This document shows positions 12,271 to 25,652 of a stretch of 64,000 nt of DNA, piece by piece (the first letter of the stretch is position 1; each line of letters starts with the position of its first letter). The notes under the pieces were generated by a model. It worked only from the letters and a program-made list of their open reading frames with translations. It was not told the DNA's origin and searched no databases. The stretch lies in the NCBI RefSeq assembly GCF_006345805.1, contig NC_043018.1, positions 2,914,001 through 2,978,000 on the forward strand. The letters run 5' to 3'. This stretch comes from Octopus sinensis (lineage: Eukaryota). Both the position numbers and the translations under genes were made by a program.

Positions 12271-14409
12271 TAGTTTGACCGATTTCTTGCTCTCCCCAAA
12301 TGGGTGTAGAAATATGAAAATCACGAATTTCTTACAGCTGACGTAGGGTTAAATCGTTTCCAACTTTTAAAGCCATAACAATTCTTTAGAGAATATTTCA
12401 ACATAGATCTATTTGTCTTGCTAATGGTTCACATGTTAAAAATACTTTTACATGTATAAAACTGAAACGAAAATTATTCATTCAACCATAAAGATAGTAA
12501 TTGATACTTGTCACCGATATATTTTGCAAACAAGAAACGAAATTTCAGCCTTCATATAGCTAGTGTACATTTCTATTTTCGTTATATCCATAAATGTCGT
12601 ATTCTGGTGGTATGTATTCTGTGAGGCAAATTAAAATCAAATACAAATTGACTGTTACTTCAATCAATAACGGCTGGGCTTCAATTTAGTATTCCTTCAC
12701 TGGATTTAGTATCATTAACGTCGTAAGTAATAATTCTCGTTCCTTGTCATGCTTGAATGTGTATCTCTTAACACCGCTTTGCACCGGTAATTCTGTTATA
12801 CAGTTCAGCAGTCAACATCTCTTGTCATCCTCTGTAGTGTAGATCATGTGTTATTAATACAAAAGACGTGTATTTAAGAAGATGCAGGAGCGGTATTTCT
12901 AGTGAAGCTCGTTAAACGGTGTCTAGGTCTACATTCATTGCAATCAATTTTTCCTAAGTTTGTCTAAGTATCTGTCTTTTATATTTTAATTCATCACTGA
13001 AAAAAAAAAACAATAAAAAATCAAAGAAGGAATTATCGTATTTATTATAATATCAAAACGAGACGTTGAGTCTTGCTTTAAAATTTTCAATGGTATTTTA
13101 TATCGTTCTAACTGGAGCGTTGTCGTCTGTTTTTTTTGTGCTTTTTTGCCTATCGTAATGTGTTCATGAAACATAGCTAAGTGCTCCTGCGATGTAACGA
13201 ATATTCATATAAAACATTCAATTCTTGGAATAGGAGTTTCAAGGTTCAGCTACTCTAAAATATTTTCCTTGTAATCGCTTTTGCACTTCATGAAATTTAG
13301 AATAATACAGCTTGATGAAACAAATGATTCTTACCCAACCGCTGTCGATTAGTTTGTTATGAATCGGCATCATTAAGGAATACCATTGCTGATTAAAATA
13401 TAATCAACAAGCATCTTTTTACTTATCTCCACCACAGAACAATCTACAACTGAAAGTAACAGAAGCAGTTGAAATGTTTGTGCAAACTTTGAGTGTCTTT
13501 TGCATTCACCTGTACTTTGCTTTTAAGCTTGATGCCCTACTTTGGAAGTGTTACGTAGGAGGACATTAAGGTTTCGAGGTAGTCATGGTGCCTTACATGA
13601 AGCACTGATTTATTCTCCGTATTTTACGAACACATTCTTTACTCTTTTACTTGGTTCAGTCGTTGAACTGCAGTTATGCTGATGGACCGGCGTGTAGGTT
13701 TAGTTGAAGAAATTGAACACGAGTTCTTTCTTCTCAGACCCGGTGCTATTTCGACCGGTATCTTTCGTGGGAATAAAACGTTATGCGGTTGTAAACAAAC
13801 AAATACCAGCTGTCAAGCGACAAGGATATAGTCACAAAGGCCAACACTCTCATACACGCATATGAACGCACATGTGTATGCTTGCATACATGTGTGTGTG
13901 TACGTGCATATATGTGTGAGTGTGGGTGGTTGTGGGTGTTCGTATGTCTAGTTTCATTCATAAGACTGTGGAAATATTAGGGCTTCACTTCGATGAGTTT
14001 CCAGTCCAGTGATGCGAACCCAGTAGTTTAAAAAAAAAAAAAACTGTTGCTTATACTGTCAATCACTTTCACTGAACTACTAATTTATGGGGACGTAAAT
14101 AAACCAAGACCAATTGCCAAACGGTGGTGGGAGGACACAAACAAAGAAGCAGAAACACACACACATACACACACACACCTCTTTAGTCAGCCCGATGCTA
14201 TAATAGAATGCACTTGCTCAAGCTGTCACTCAGTGGTACTGAACTAGAAACCATGAGGTTCAGAACCCAGCCTCTTACCACACAGCCACACTTGGGCCTA
14301 TATTTGATGGGCTTCCACACAGTTTCTGTCTATCAAGTTTACTCACATGCAATTAGTCTTCCCCGTTCTACAGTAAAACACACTTGCCCAAGTGCTGAGT
14401 AGTAGCATG

Positions 14410-15110
14410 CCATGCCACCGGTAATGTTATTAAAGGTATCGTATTTTTCCAATAACAAACATAAAAATCGTTTCCTCCCTTTGGATCAGACTAACGATAC
14501 TTAACTAATCGAAATTCATCACCAATACATTTTTTTACCTTCCGTAGGCCATGAGAATATAAGGACCTACAAGCGATAAATTGAAAAAGTTACACTGTGG
14601 AAATTCGGAATTACCGTCTTTTCAATATCTTCAGCCATTAACTCAATGATCCATTGTAATGTATTGTTGCTCAGGAGAATACCTTAATCATAAGTTCAAT
14701 GTCCTTCCTTGTTATGGTTGCTATGATTTCATTAACGTTTTGTATGCTACTATCTCCCCCCGATCAAACATGGCGATTTTCCATTATTCATTTTTATTTT
14801 AATTTATATTTTTATTTTTATTATAGCAATGTTCAAGGACATACTGTGAAAGGTTTCCATTCCTCCTTTAGCATCAGCAGAGATGTTCACTTGAGAAATG
14901 ACATTATATTTGGACGTTTTCCAAATTTTTCTTTCACTGTTCTAAACGAATCGAAACTCTTTGTTTTTCTTGTATGAATGCATCCTTTTAATGGTTCTCT
15001 TTCATCTTTGAAGGTTTCATTGCATCACCGCGCCATTGCATCGCTGCATCATTTCCAAGTGTCTTTTCATACAACCAACAAATAAGTATTGTCTCATTAG
15101 TGATCAAAGA
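14410..15110 (-). mobile_element. hAT (Buster/Charlie-like) transposase relic
   Basis: Minus-strand pieces DAMKPSKMK..H, KEKFGKRPNIMSF, LSNNTLQWIIELMAEDIEK, ILMAYGR and ETIF occur in the order expected for Buster-type transposases; many lesions. Confidence 0.75.
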
Positions 15111-15489
15111 CGTGAAACCAAATTTCAAATATTCGTTATAATATTACCGGTAGTTTTCTTTTTAACAACGAGGGTTAAACATGCAGTAAAATTAATGTAC
15201 CATGTTAGAAATCCAGATTCTCTAACATATGAATATAATACATAAACTAGTCTCTTCAAAGTTCCCGTGATAAACTTCAATTATATAAAACAAAAATGTA
15301 ATTATATTACAATATAATAGCGATTTACATATTTCCTTTCTCTTTTATCTCTTCATTTGAGTTGTCAATTTTCACAAAGATGAAGAATACAAAGCAAATA
15401 CGCATAGCGAAAAATAAAATATATTGCCGTGATAGCCATTAATGTTTAGATGATAATGTGTATGTGTGTGTGTGTTATATGTGTGTGTT

Positions 15490-15541
<52 letters not shown>

Positions 15542-16422
15542 TGTGTGTATCAGATACATATATATGTGCTGTATATAAGTGCTGTATGTGTGTGCTATGA
15601 CCGTGTGTATGCGAGTGTTTACACATGTATGCTCAGGTGTGCCTGTATACGTTTTTTCTTTCCAATTTTTTTTTGTGAATCCTCTTCATGTAAGTAGGGA
15701 CCAGGTTTCTCACAAAGAAACAAACTCACCATTTCCGAAATAACAACAATCTGGATATTACCAATGGATATTGTTACGTATCAAACTTCAAGAATGTCTT
15801 GCGCATCTATATTGTTCTACTTACGGATTGTATATGTAAACGACGCACTGGCGGTCTCCTTCATTGCTTGAATAACATAGCTTTCGTAGATTGTCGCTTA
15901 AACATTTTCTGACATAAAACATTTAATCCATGCGTGTATGCATACATGTATCTATATATGTAAATATATAATTACATATGTATGTATATAATCCTTAAAT
16001 AAACATGTATGTCTACAGTGTTCCAAAGGTAACTGAGAATGTTGTTATTTGTAAAGGGTTTCAAGAAGAAACTCTTTATAAATAAATGTAAATCCATGTT
16101 TTCCAGATTCTATTCGCTTGTACATAAAGAAATTCATAGAGATGAAACAACATAGAATAGTTACAATGAAGAGCAAATGTTGAGAGATTAGGTGGCTGGA
16201 TATCAGTACTTGTACGGATTATTGTATCTATGCATGAATATATATAATGCGAGTGCAGGCACATGTCCTAGTGATGAGGTTGTTGTGGTCTCAAGTGCGA
16301 AATCGTGGGTTCAGTCTCTGGATTGGATGGTGCACTGTGTTCTTCAGCACAAGACATAACCTCGTCCTGGAAGCGAACTTACAACCACAAGCCCGACGCT
16401 TTTTAACATCGAGCCATGCACC

Positions 16423-16463
<41 letters not shown>

Positions 16464-16670
16464 ACTCACACAAAGAAAACACTGACTCACACACATATAA
16501 ATATACAGGTATGAGATAGATAGATGCATTCATGCATTAATAGAAGTATATAAATATATATATATATATGTGTATATACACATATATATGTGTGCGAGCG
16601 CGTATGTGTATGAATGAGTCTGTATAAATGCATATATCAATATATATGTATATACATAATTCATATATAT

Positions 16671-16709
<39 letters not shown>

Positions 16710-16757
16710 CATATATATATATGCATATATATATATTAATATTATATATGTATATAA

Positions 16758-17195
<438 letters not shown>

Positions 17196-17206
17196 TATAT
17201 ATATAT

Positions 17207-17275
<69 letters not shown>

Positions 17276-17699
17276 GCGACCAGTAAGAAAATGTTGCAGT
17301 AATTTGGAATCATTTGAAACGCTATGGTGCCATAATAGATATACGTGTATACGTACATATAGAAGCGCAAAATCACTCCCACACATTCCCACATACTCCC
17401 ACGCAAATACACACATAAACACACTCACACGTCTGTGAGTGTTTGTGTGTGTGCAAGAGGAACTTTTGATATATATATACAGATGAATGTAAAAATACAC
17501 GACGTAAGCAATGTTGATTGTTTGTGCAAGTAAACAGAAAAATGTGCGCCATTTCTAAACATTTAACAAAGATATATCAATCAATGATTTAGTCTTGGAA
17601 GTAACATCGTGTAAACGCTTCCCATTATTTTACGTATATAATTGAGGTTCCGCTCTCTGCACATTATCCTCTCTGCTGTGCGTTGCACGTCGTACCACG

Positions 17700-17975
17700 C
17701 CTTGAAGTTTTCGCGTAATTTCCTGATGATTCACACAGCTTTTGGTTTATCCAATGTGTACGGTTCATTGGCTATCAATTTGCGTTTGATGTAGCCACCA
17801 TAAAGTAAATATTCACAATCCAAATGATGGAGCTTTTGAACAGGCTATGGCATATCACTGCACTGAGAAATGACATGGTCAGTAAGCATTTCTTTAATAA
17901 TACCCATGGAAACTCATTGCCGTTCATACAGACAGGCTCCGTTGTTGAGACCACGTGGGTCATGCACTGCTGTCA
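17700..17975 (-). mobile_element. Highly decayed Tc1/mariner-superfamily transposase fragment
   Basis: With frameshifts: TWSQQ-GA...VSMGIIKEMLTDHVISQCSDMP*P...LDCEY...GYIKRKLIANEPYTLD, resembling WFQQDGA...MFPxxVISxxGDxxWPxRSPDL..D..LWGYLK. Confidence 0.6.
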
Positions 17976-18429
17976 CCTTTGTTCAATCATGTGAAAAGAA
18001 AGCTGCACAATATGAACAAAGAGAGATTACAATTCAATTTCACTGCATTGTTGTTACAAAAAACCATAGAGGAGGAATGACAATAATATTAATCTGTAAA
18101 TTCTATCAAGATTGCATCAAAAAAACGTTGAATAGAATATGAACGTTGACTATTAGTTTAGGCTAATGAAATAAAACAGATGAGAGAGAAACAAAATGTC
18201 TCCTGTAGAGTGTCACTAGTTTTGTTCCATCTTCTGTTCAAACTTGAATTTCCTCATCGACATATTAATGAATATTTGATGTTTTTGTACTGAAAAATAG
18301 ACGCTTATCTCTACCATCACTAGACTGGTGTTTATTTTATTGTTATTTAAATACACTGCCGCTGAAAGATAGACCTACTATTTTAACCAGATGATTATGT
18401 ATCTATTTATCTATCTGTCTTCGTCGGCA

Positions 18430-19020
18430 ATAACTTGTGTCTGAGTAGATAATCTATAACGAGATAGTGAGCGTCTTCAAGAGATGTATGCGGACAGTGC
18501 CGGTGCCTGAGATGGCTGTTCAGGCGTAGAGTTGTAGAGAGAAGCCGAGGGCATTTATAGCCAAGGGGGTTAGCGAGAGGCGAGGGAGTGCGAGTCTTTC
18601 TTTGCGGCTTTGATGTCCGATCTCTGTCTTTTAACGCCTGGTCCCTCGATGATGACATGCCGCCATTTTGGGTATTGATTAGCGATTGTCTCCCAGTTAC
18701 ATGGGTCATTGCAAGAGCGGAGGTGAGTGGCCTTGAGCTGGTCTTTAAAACAGAACTAGGGAGCTTTCACAAGGTCTGGTACCTGAAGCTAACTCCGCAA
18801 AGAATAGTTAACGGAGGAGACGCATTTGGGACGTACATATCATGTGTTCCATACAGCGGATTCGTGCTAGTGTAGCTTCTATTCTGAACAGTCGGGCCCC
18901 GAGAAGGACCAGATCACTGGCACTATAGCCCTTCCATCAGATCCTAAGATTTGCACGATGTTTGTGCAGTTTGAAACGTTCAATACAATACCCACGACTC
19001 AAAGCCGTAGAGCTCTGTGC
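18430..19020 (-). mobile_element. RTE/BovB-like LINE 3' fragment
   Basis: Minus strand: LYGFESWVLY...IEATL...LFFAELASGTR...FKDQLK...NWETIA...KWRHVIIEG...KCPRL..TTLRLNSHLRHRH (decayed C-terminal zinc-finger-like motif). Confidence 0.8.
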
Positions 19021-19098
19021 AAACGGTCTATGTCAGGTGTAGTATGATGTATTAATTATATATAAGCATATACACATATGTCTGTGTATCTATATATA

Positions 19099-19179
<81 letters not shown>

Positions 19180-19371
19180 CGTACGTATCTTATATGTACT
19201 TATATTTTATAACTCGCTTGCCGCAAGTGGTGGTATCTTAATAACACCATCCCCTCTTATATCTAATTATAAATAAGTTCACGCAATTCATTTGTTTAAA
19301 TAGTGTTTGGTCACTTCAAACGAACTTTTGTAGGCACGGAGGGGGAAAATTTTAATAGTAGTATGCCGGCA

Positions 19372-19432
19372 GACTGTGGCTGAAGAGAAACGGGCACCTA
19401 TTTGGCACTAATTTCGAAACCGTTATCAAGTT
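19372..19432 (+). ncRNA. Degenerate type I hammerhead ribozyme motif
   Basis: CTGAAGA-GAAA...TTTC-GAAAC-CGTTA: core boxes and a 4-bp stem II intact, stems I and III mismatched; inside a roughly 410-bp island between (TA)n tracts. Confidence 0.55.
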
Positions 19433-19590
19433 GACCAGTATTGTTTGTACAGTCTTAGCAGGGATAAGACATTTTAATATTCACTGAAAGTTTTTCCTAT
19501 CGTGCCTGTAGTAGATTTGTGACTATTCTGTCGTATAGAAGTTTTTGTGACTCGTATTTCTAGCAATGTAGGTTCTCATGTATTGCCTTC

Positions 19591-19651
<61 letters not shown>

Positions 19652-19918
19652 TAGATAGATATATATATATATATAGCGTGATAGATTGATAGATGGAGAA
19701 ATATATATATCTCCATCTATCAATCTATTATACTATCTACCTACCTATATTTCTATCTTTCCATCTCCGTTGTCATGGAAACTCGCCCCCCAAAAACAAA
19801 AACAATATTCTCTTCTACCCCAATAACTCTTTTATATAAATGAACAAGCTGTTTGTACATTCACAAAATTTTATTTGACTAATGTATATATATATATGTA
19901 TGTATATATATATAATAT

Positions 19919-19987
<69 letters not shown>

Positions 19988-20078
19988 TTAAATCCACATC
20001 TTTACCTATATATCTACCTTCTTTATTATGTTATCACTTGATATGCAAAATTATGTATTAATGGAAAACCTCTATTAA

Positions 20079-20162
20079 TGGCTGATGAGTGCTCAGCCTT
20101 TTAAAACTGTTGTAATACTTACAACACTTAATAAAATGATGTAGTGCGAAACGATCGTACCA
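20079..20162 (+). ncRNA. Type I hammerhead ribozyme, canonical core
   Basis: TGG | CTGATGA | GTGCT...AGTGC | GAA | AC-GATC-GT | A | CCA. Stem I TGG/CCA; stem II closed by G-C and extended by the hairpin TGTTGTAA/TTACAACA; palindromic stem III ACGATCGT; GUA triplet, predicted cut after 20159. Confidence 0.85.
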
Positions 20163-20195
20163 AAATACCGAAGTTCTTCTTGTTGCTTATTTTGA

Positions 20196-20266
<71 letters not shown>

Positions 20267-20573
20267 TATAATGTACTTTTGCAACATTATGTGTTTTTTT
20301 ATGTTGACGGATTACTGATAAAAGTAAGTTCATAATTGACTGGCAGAGGCAACTTCAAAAATTTCACTTAGCTCCGTACTCTTTGTTAATTCCTCTAAAA
20401 ATATCTTATTTACTTTTGTATTTTTCTGTTAGCGGCTTTTTTCAGGTTCCTCTTCTGGTTCTTTGATTTACTGACAATTCTTATTCACTTTCTGCCCGTC
20501 GTATTAAAAATATAATTTCCGTTTCCGTTTATTACCTTCTTCACCCGTGTATTTATTGTATACGTATATAACC

Positions 20574-21160
20574 ATGCCTAGAAGGAAAGTGTCAAATTTG
20601 TTTACAATGTCAAGGTCAGCCAAAAGAATATCTCTGTCCAGGGAAAGAGAGAAGCATACCAAGAAACGAACTGTCTGTGCACTACAAAACCAGAGCATCT
20701 CAAAGTAATGAACAGAGGTATGCACAGCTGACAAGGAGGATCTAGACTGCAGAACGAAGAGTGGTTGCAACAACTCAGAGAAGCAACTTCTATGATGCAG
20801 CTTTTAATTACGATCCAGAAGTCGATTATGCAGATGACAATATAGTCTCCATTGGTGCGATGACAAATGAGTGTTTACATTGTGAAGCAGGGAAATGGGT
20901 TGGAGACACACCTGCACTGTTCTTCAGTGGAGGAAAGTTTAAACTCCCTGCAATCCCCCAACGTCCAGAGATATTGAAAAACCTATTTTCATCAACTGAC
21001 CTTGATCCCAAGCACTACCAAAACAAAATTAGACAATACAACGCTATACTACAGATGACATCATTTGGAACCACAAGAGATTTAACTGAGCCAGATTAAT
21101 GCAAACCTTCAACATCCAAGGTTAGATTTATCATCGGATTGACTCTCTAATACCTTATCA
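20574..21160 (+). mobile_element. Helitron RepHel N-terminal fragment (Zn-finger region)
   Basis: MPRRKVSNL... then AAFNYDPEVDY...IGAMTNECLHCEAGKW..DTP...SGGKFKLP...IRQYNAILQMTSFG and, after a frameshift, TFNIQG*IYHRIDSL: recalled animal Helitron N-terminal motifs. Confidence 0.88.
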
Positions 21161-22769
21161 AAGGAATCACCAAAATCAGTCTTTCATTATTTATAATCTC
21201 TACCTGTTTTTTTGGTTACGAAATAAGCTACACAAAACGGTCTCATTCAAATTTGCATTATTGAAAATACTTCACATATGGAAACAGGCTCTGCATGGTA
21301 TGTCTACAACTGTAGAAAACTATATGTATGGCGTAGTTTGAATTAGCAGCTGGGCTCTGAATCCAGAAATTATACACAATAGAAAGCATTTCTTAATGAG
21401 ATGAACGTCATCGTTTTGCCTTAGCTCAGCTTTATTCTTATAAATTTATGAAAGTGATTTTACAGTTGTAATCATGTATTAGGACTGCTTTCGCAAGTGT
21501 TAAGAGTCTAACACATTGTTTACCGCTGGTGAATATAGCATCAAGGGGTGAGTATCGCTCCCAAGTTAAATTAAGTGACGATCACGCATATCTAATTATT
21601 AATATTAAATTTTTTCTCTTCTTGAAAGATTTTGCCTTTGATAGCCGTGTATAGCGCCATTCTATCCTCCTTTGGAATATTCAGCGGAACACAACTCGAG
21701 ACACAGGTTCATAAAACTATAAAGCTTAATTCAGAATTCTATGAAGTTACTTTATTAAAATTAGAGAAATAAAGAATTATATCACAGGCTAGAACATATC
21801 AGGTTTCTACATTTTTTCGTCGCAAATTTTTAATTCTTTAACAGTAAAGAAAATAGAGAAGAATTTAAGAGCGTTATATATAATTTAGTATAAAATTGGT
21901 TGTATAATGTCCTTCCTTATTGACTTGCAAGATGTAAGTTAATCGTTAACGATACTTCACATTTCTGACATGTGGCTACATCATTCCGTCTTTCTCCGTT
22001 TACTATTGAGGCACAATGCAGTTAAATTTACAAAGACATTTCCTTCTTGTATTGGAAAACGATAAACACAGTAGCTGATTTCGAAAGAATGAGTGCAAGC
22101 AACATTCAACTGGAGTAGCAGTAATTCTATAGAACAATGACGGTTCAAAATGGAGTGGTTCTGTTTTGTATATTTATACGAGGCGATAGCAAAAGTCGAG
22201 ATCGATAAAAGCGTACGAATATTAACACCGGGATGGGAGTAATGTTCTGCGGATGTAATTTTAATTTGTAAAGCAGATCTTTAATTGAGACTGTCTATGG
22301 TTATTAAATAATTAGAAGAAATACATAATGCAAATGTTTGAAAGTTATGTAATAGCACAACCTCTAGGTTTCTTACTCTTGATTCGGTTTACCAAAGCCA
22401 AAAGACGAATGTTGCTGTACAGTAAAATGCTTCAATGTCTGAAAAAAGTTAGCAAATCTGCTATGACAGGAGTCAGACTCAAATTACCAACTATTTAACT
22501 CGGGTACCTTTTTGCATGACTTGAAGCCTTTCATAGCCCCTGCGACTCTAATGTATTACATATAAATGCGTGGTGAAGAGGTCGGTGCATGCCGTGGATA
22601 ATAGCGTGAAATCTATTCAGGTATCGTAGACGAATCATTGTAGATGATTATACGCAATTTCTTAGAACATGAGTTTATAAAAATATTTCCACACGGTCAA
22701 GATTTTGATATATGTTATATACGTAATTAACTAGCAGCTCTTTGATTATGGTAGATTCACCATGATAGA

Positions 22770-22956
22770 TCCTTAGCCACTAAACCTTTTTCCTATTTTC
22801 TCTCCCAGTTTATTTCTGTGTTCCTTTCTGTCGTAGAGCGTAGGCTCGAAACGTAAAAGACATTCTCAATTCCCGAGCGTTAAACTAATACATCTGTTTG
22901 TTGTTTACACACCCGTCTACGTCTTTTGTGTTGTTTTGTTTTGTAAATTCCAACTA
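22770..22956 (+). mobile_element. Solo Penelope-type pseudo-LTR with variant minimal hammerhead (22824-22859)
   Basis: CTTT-CTGTCGT-A-GAGC-gtag-GCTC-GAAAC-GTA-AAAG; shares this motif and the downstream GAGCGT..AA..TAATAC with the Neptune-like end at 38597-38790; ends at (TA)n. Confidence 0.7.
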
Positions 22957-23049
22957 TATATATATACATATGTGTATGTATGTATATATGTGTGTTTGTG
23001 AGTGTGTGTGTTTGTGTGTGTGTCTGTGTGTATGTGTTTGTATGTGTGT

Positions 23050-23250
23050 CTGTGTGTTTTGTGTCTGTGTTCGTTCCCTGCCACTGCTTGATACCGATCG
23101 GTGTGTTTATGCCCTCGTAATGTGGCGGTTCTGCAACAGAAACCAAAACATTAAATACGAGCTTGGGAGCAATTCATTCGACTAAAATTTCTATTTAAGG
23201 CGGTGCCCCAACATGGCCGCACTCCAGTGAGTGAACCAAATAAAAGGTAA
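23050..23250 (+). mobile_element. SINE family A, diverged 3' half
   Basis: CTGCTTGATACCGATCGGTGTGTTTATG...GCGGTTC...AAGGCGGTGCCCCAACATGGCCGCA matches the family A body. Confidence 0.8.
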
Positions 23251-23484
23251 ACGATATAGCATCCTGTGTGTGTACCAGAAAGTGTTTATTCCCAATACTT
23301 TTTTGATGATGTGTAGCAGGTGAATGATGTAGATATGGCGGATTAAAATGGACGGTAGACAGGACTTGTATAAAACAAATCAAAGTAAAGTTAGCCGATA
23401 AATTTTTGAAAGAAGTACGCACACACACATTTCTATATATAGGTAAGTAAGTAAATAGATAGATAAATATATATATATAGATAG

Positions 23485-23515
<31 letters not shown>

Positions 23516-23579
23516 GATAGATGATAGATAGATAGATAGATAGATAGATAGACAGACATATGTGCATGCATAATTTCAT

Positions 23580-23615
<36 letters not shown>

Positions 23616-23687
23616 TAATATATTTTTCTCTCTCTATTTACATATATATATATATATATACATATATATATACATATATATATATAT

Positions 23688-23822
<135 letters not shown>

Positions 23823-24555
23823 ACATATATATATACATATATATACTTTCATAGAAAGTGTGAACGATGAACACTTGGCTAGCTGTGGGCGTAATATTTG
23901 AACACGTCAAGCCAAAGGCGACCTTATTGATGACATTATACATTGTACTAGAGAGCAGAGAACTTTCGAAATGAGGTTGAATATTTTCTGGTAAAATTTA
24001 TGTATACATAAGGACTTACATAGAATTTTTACTACGACTCGGATAAAAAGGTAGCAAATATAATTTGCAAAAGAGAAATGGGATTTCTGAAAGAAGAAAA
24101 GTGTGAAAGAAAACAAAATAGAAAAAAATTCAGTTAATTGAAGAAAAAAAAGACAGTTGAACAACTTCTATCTAGCTCTCAGGTAAATATTTGAAGAACT
24201 CTGGATGATATTAACCAGCTGATGCCAAAATAAATTACATAATATTATCTGTGATGCCATACCTATTAAACCGACCGTTAAAATGTTCTTCAATCAGGTG
24301 ATATCTAGTGAAGAGTATTCTTGTATATTTTCTTTTTTTCTGTGCGTATATGTGTGTGTAGAAACCAATAATGCATTACAAACACGGATTTGTACAGTAT
24401 CTTTTAGAATATGAGTAGCATTAAGGCTACCGAGGAATGAGTATTCGTTGTAGTAAACATTGCGATTTATCTTAGATGCGAGCCAGGTGAATTTAATGTT
24501 ATTGAAAATGCAGTGTTTCGACTGAAGAAAAGAGACAATATTTATATACAATGTT

Positions 24556-24770
24556 AAGGCGGCGAGCTGGCAGAAACGTTAAGCACGCCAGGTGCAATGC
24601 TTAGCGGAAATTTGTCCGTCTTTACGTTCTGAGTTCAAATTTCACTGCGGTTGATTATGGTTTTCATCCTTACAGAGTTAATAAAATAAGTTCCAATTTT
24701 TCACTGGGGTCGATGTAATAGACTTTCCTCCTACCAGGAACAGCTGGCCTTGTGCCAAAATTTGAACTCA
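24556..24770 (+). mobile_element. SINE family B, diverged, alternative tail
   Basis: AAGGCGGCGAGCTGGCAGAAACGTT...GAGTTCAAATT...GGCCTTGTGCCAAAATTTGAA. Confidence 0.85.
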
Positions 24771-25436
24771 ATATTTAGATACAATGTTTATACATGCAAT
24801 CTCACAGAGTCATACTAGTTCCTTAGATTAGCTTGATGCCGGAAATATAGGTGGGAAGCAACAGCCGATTATACCTTTCCATATCAGAAATGCACGGGTA
24901 TTGACTGGGTATGAGCAAAAAGGTTCTTTTCACTCGGCAGGCACTTTAGACAAACGTAGTTTATGACACTTCTGTGCCATTAGAATGTATTCTGAACTGG
25001 AAAATACACGCAAACGTCGAGTTCAAATTCATTCAGTATAGGTATGTTTGTTGATCTTCGTCGATACATATATTTTACCTGAAGATAATATTGATCTTTC
25101 CCATAACTAATCCTTTATAAATGTAAATATTGATATGATGCCGAATGAATTATCCATCAGGTGGGGACCGAGATCACCTACCACAGTCCTACACCCCAGA
25201 TGCCCAGGCTTAGATTTCACTTGAATCCTCGGTGTTTCTTCACCAGAGAGAATCTATGGTAAGATTTGACTGACAAATGGCGAACGCAAACTACCAGGTT
25301 CTAGAAAAACTTGGAGAGGAGACAGCCCTGGCGAATGTCTCCGTGACATCTCATACGACACGGCGAGCCTTCCACGCAGTATTTCTGGGTTAGATTGGGT
25401 AGCCTTTATGCTCTTAATCTGTTCCTAGTTACATAA

Positions 25437-25652
25437 GGTGGTGGGGCGAGCTGACAGAATCTTTAGCATGGCGGGTAAAATGCAACGGAATTTCGTCGGT
25501 TTTCACGTTCTAAGATCAAATTCCGCCGAGGTCGAGTTTGCATGTCAAGGTTTGGGAAAGATAAAATATGTAGCAATTGAGAAGTGGGATCGATGTAATC
25601 GACTTACACCCAAGCCCAAATTTGCTGGCCTTGTGCCAAATTTTAAAATCAA
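25437..25652 (+). mobile_element. SINE family B, diverged
   Basis: GCGAGCTGACAGAATC...CAAATTCCGCCGAGGTCGA...GATGTAATCGACTT...GGCCTTGTGCCAAATTT. Confidence 0.8.

Noticed and set aside
13280-13400. IQLDETND, a hAT-like motif
   Set aside because: Too short and decayed to call, although compatible with a second hAT relic.
15825-15908. Possible 84-nt minus-strand exon (CAG acceptor, GTAAGT donor; KCLSDNLRKLCYSSNEGDRQCVVYIYN)
   Set aside because: Such signals arise by chance in 64 kb; no recognisable product or partner exons.
19681-19728. Perfect 19-bp inverted repeat
   Set aside because: Built from GATA/TATC-like sequence around a TA loop; most simply a microsatellite strand switch.
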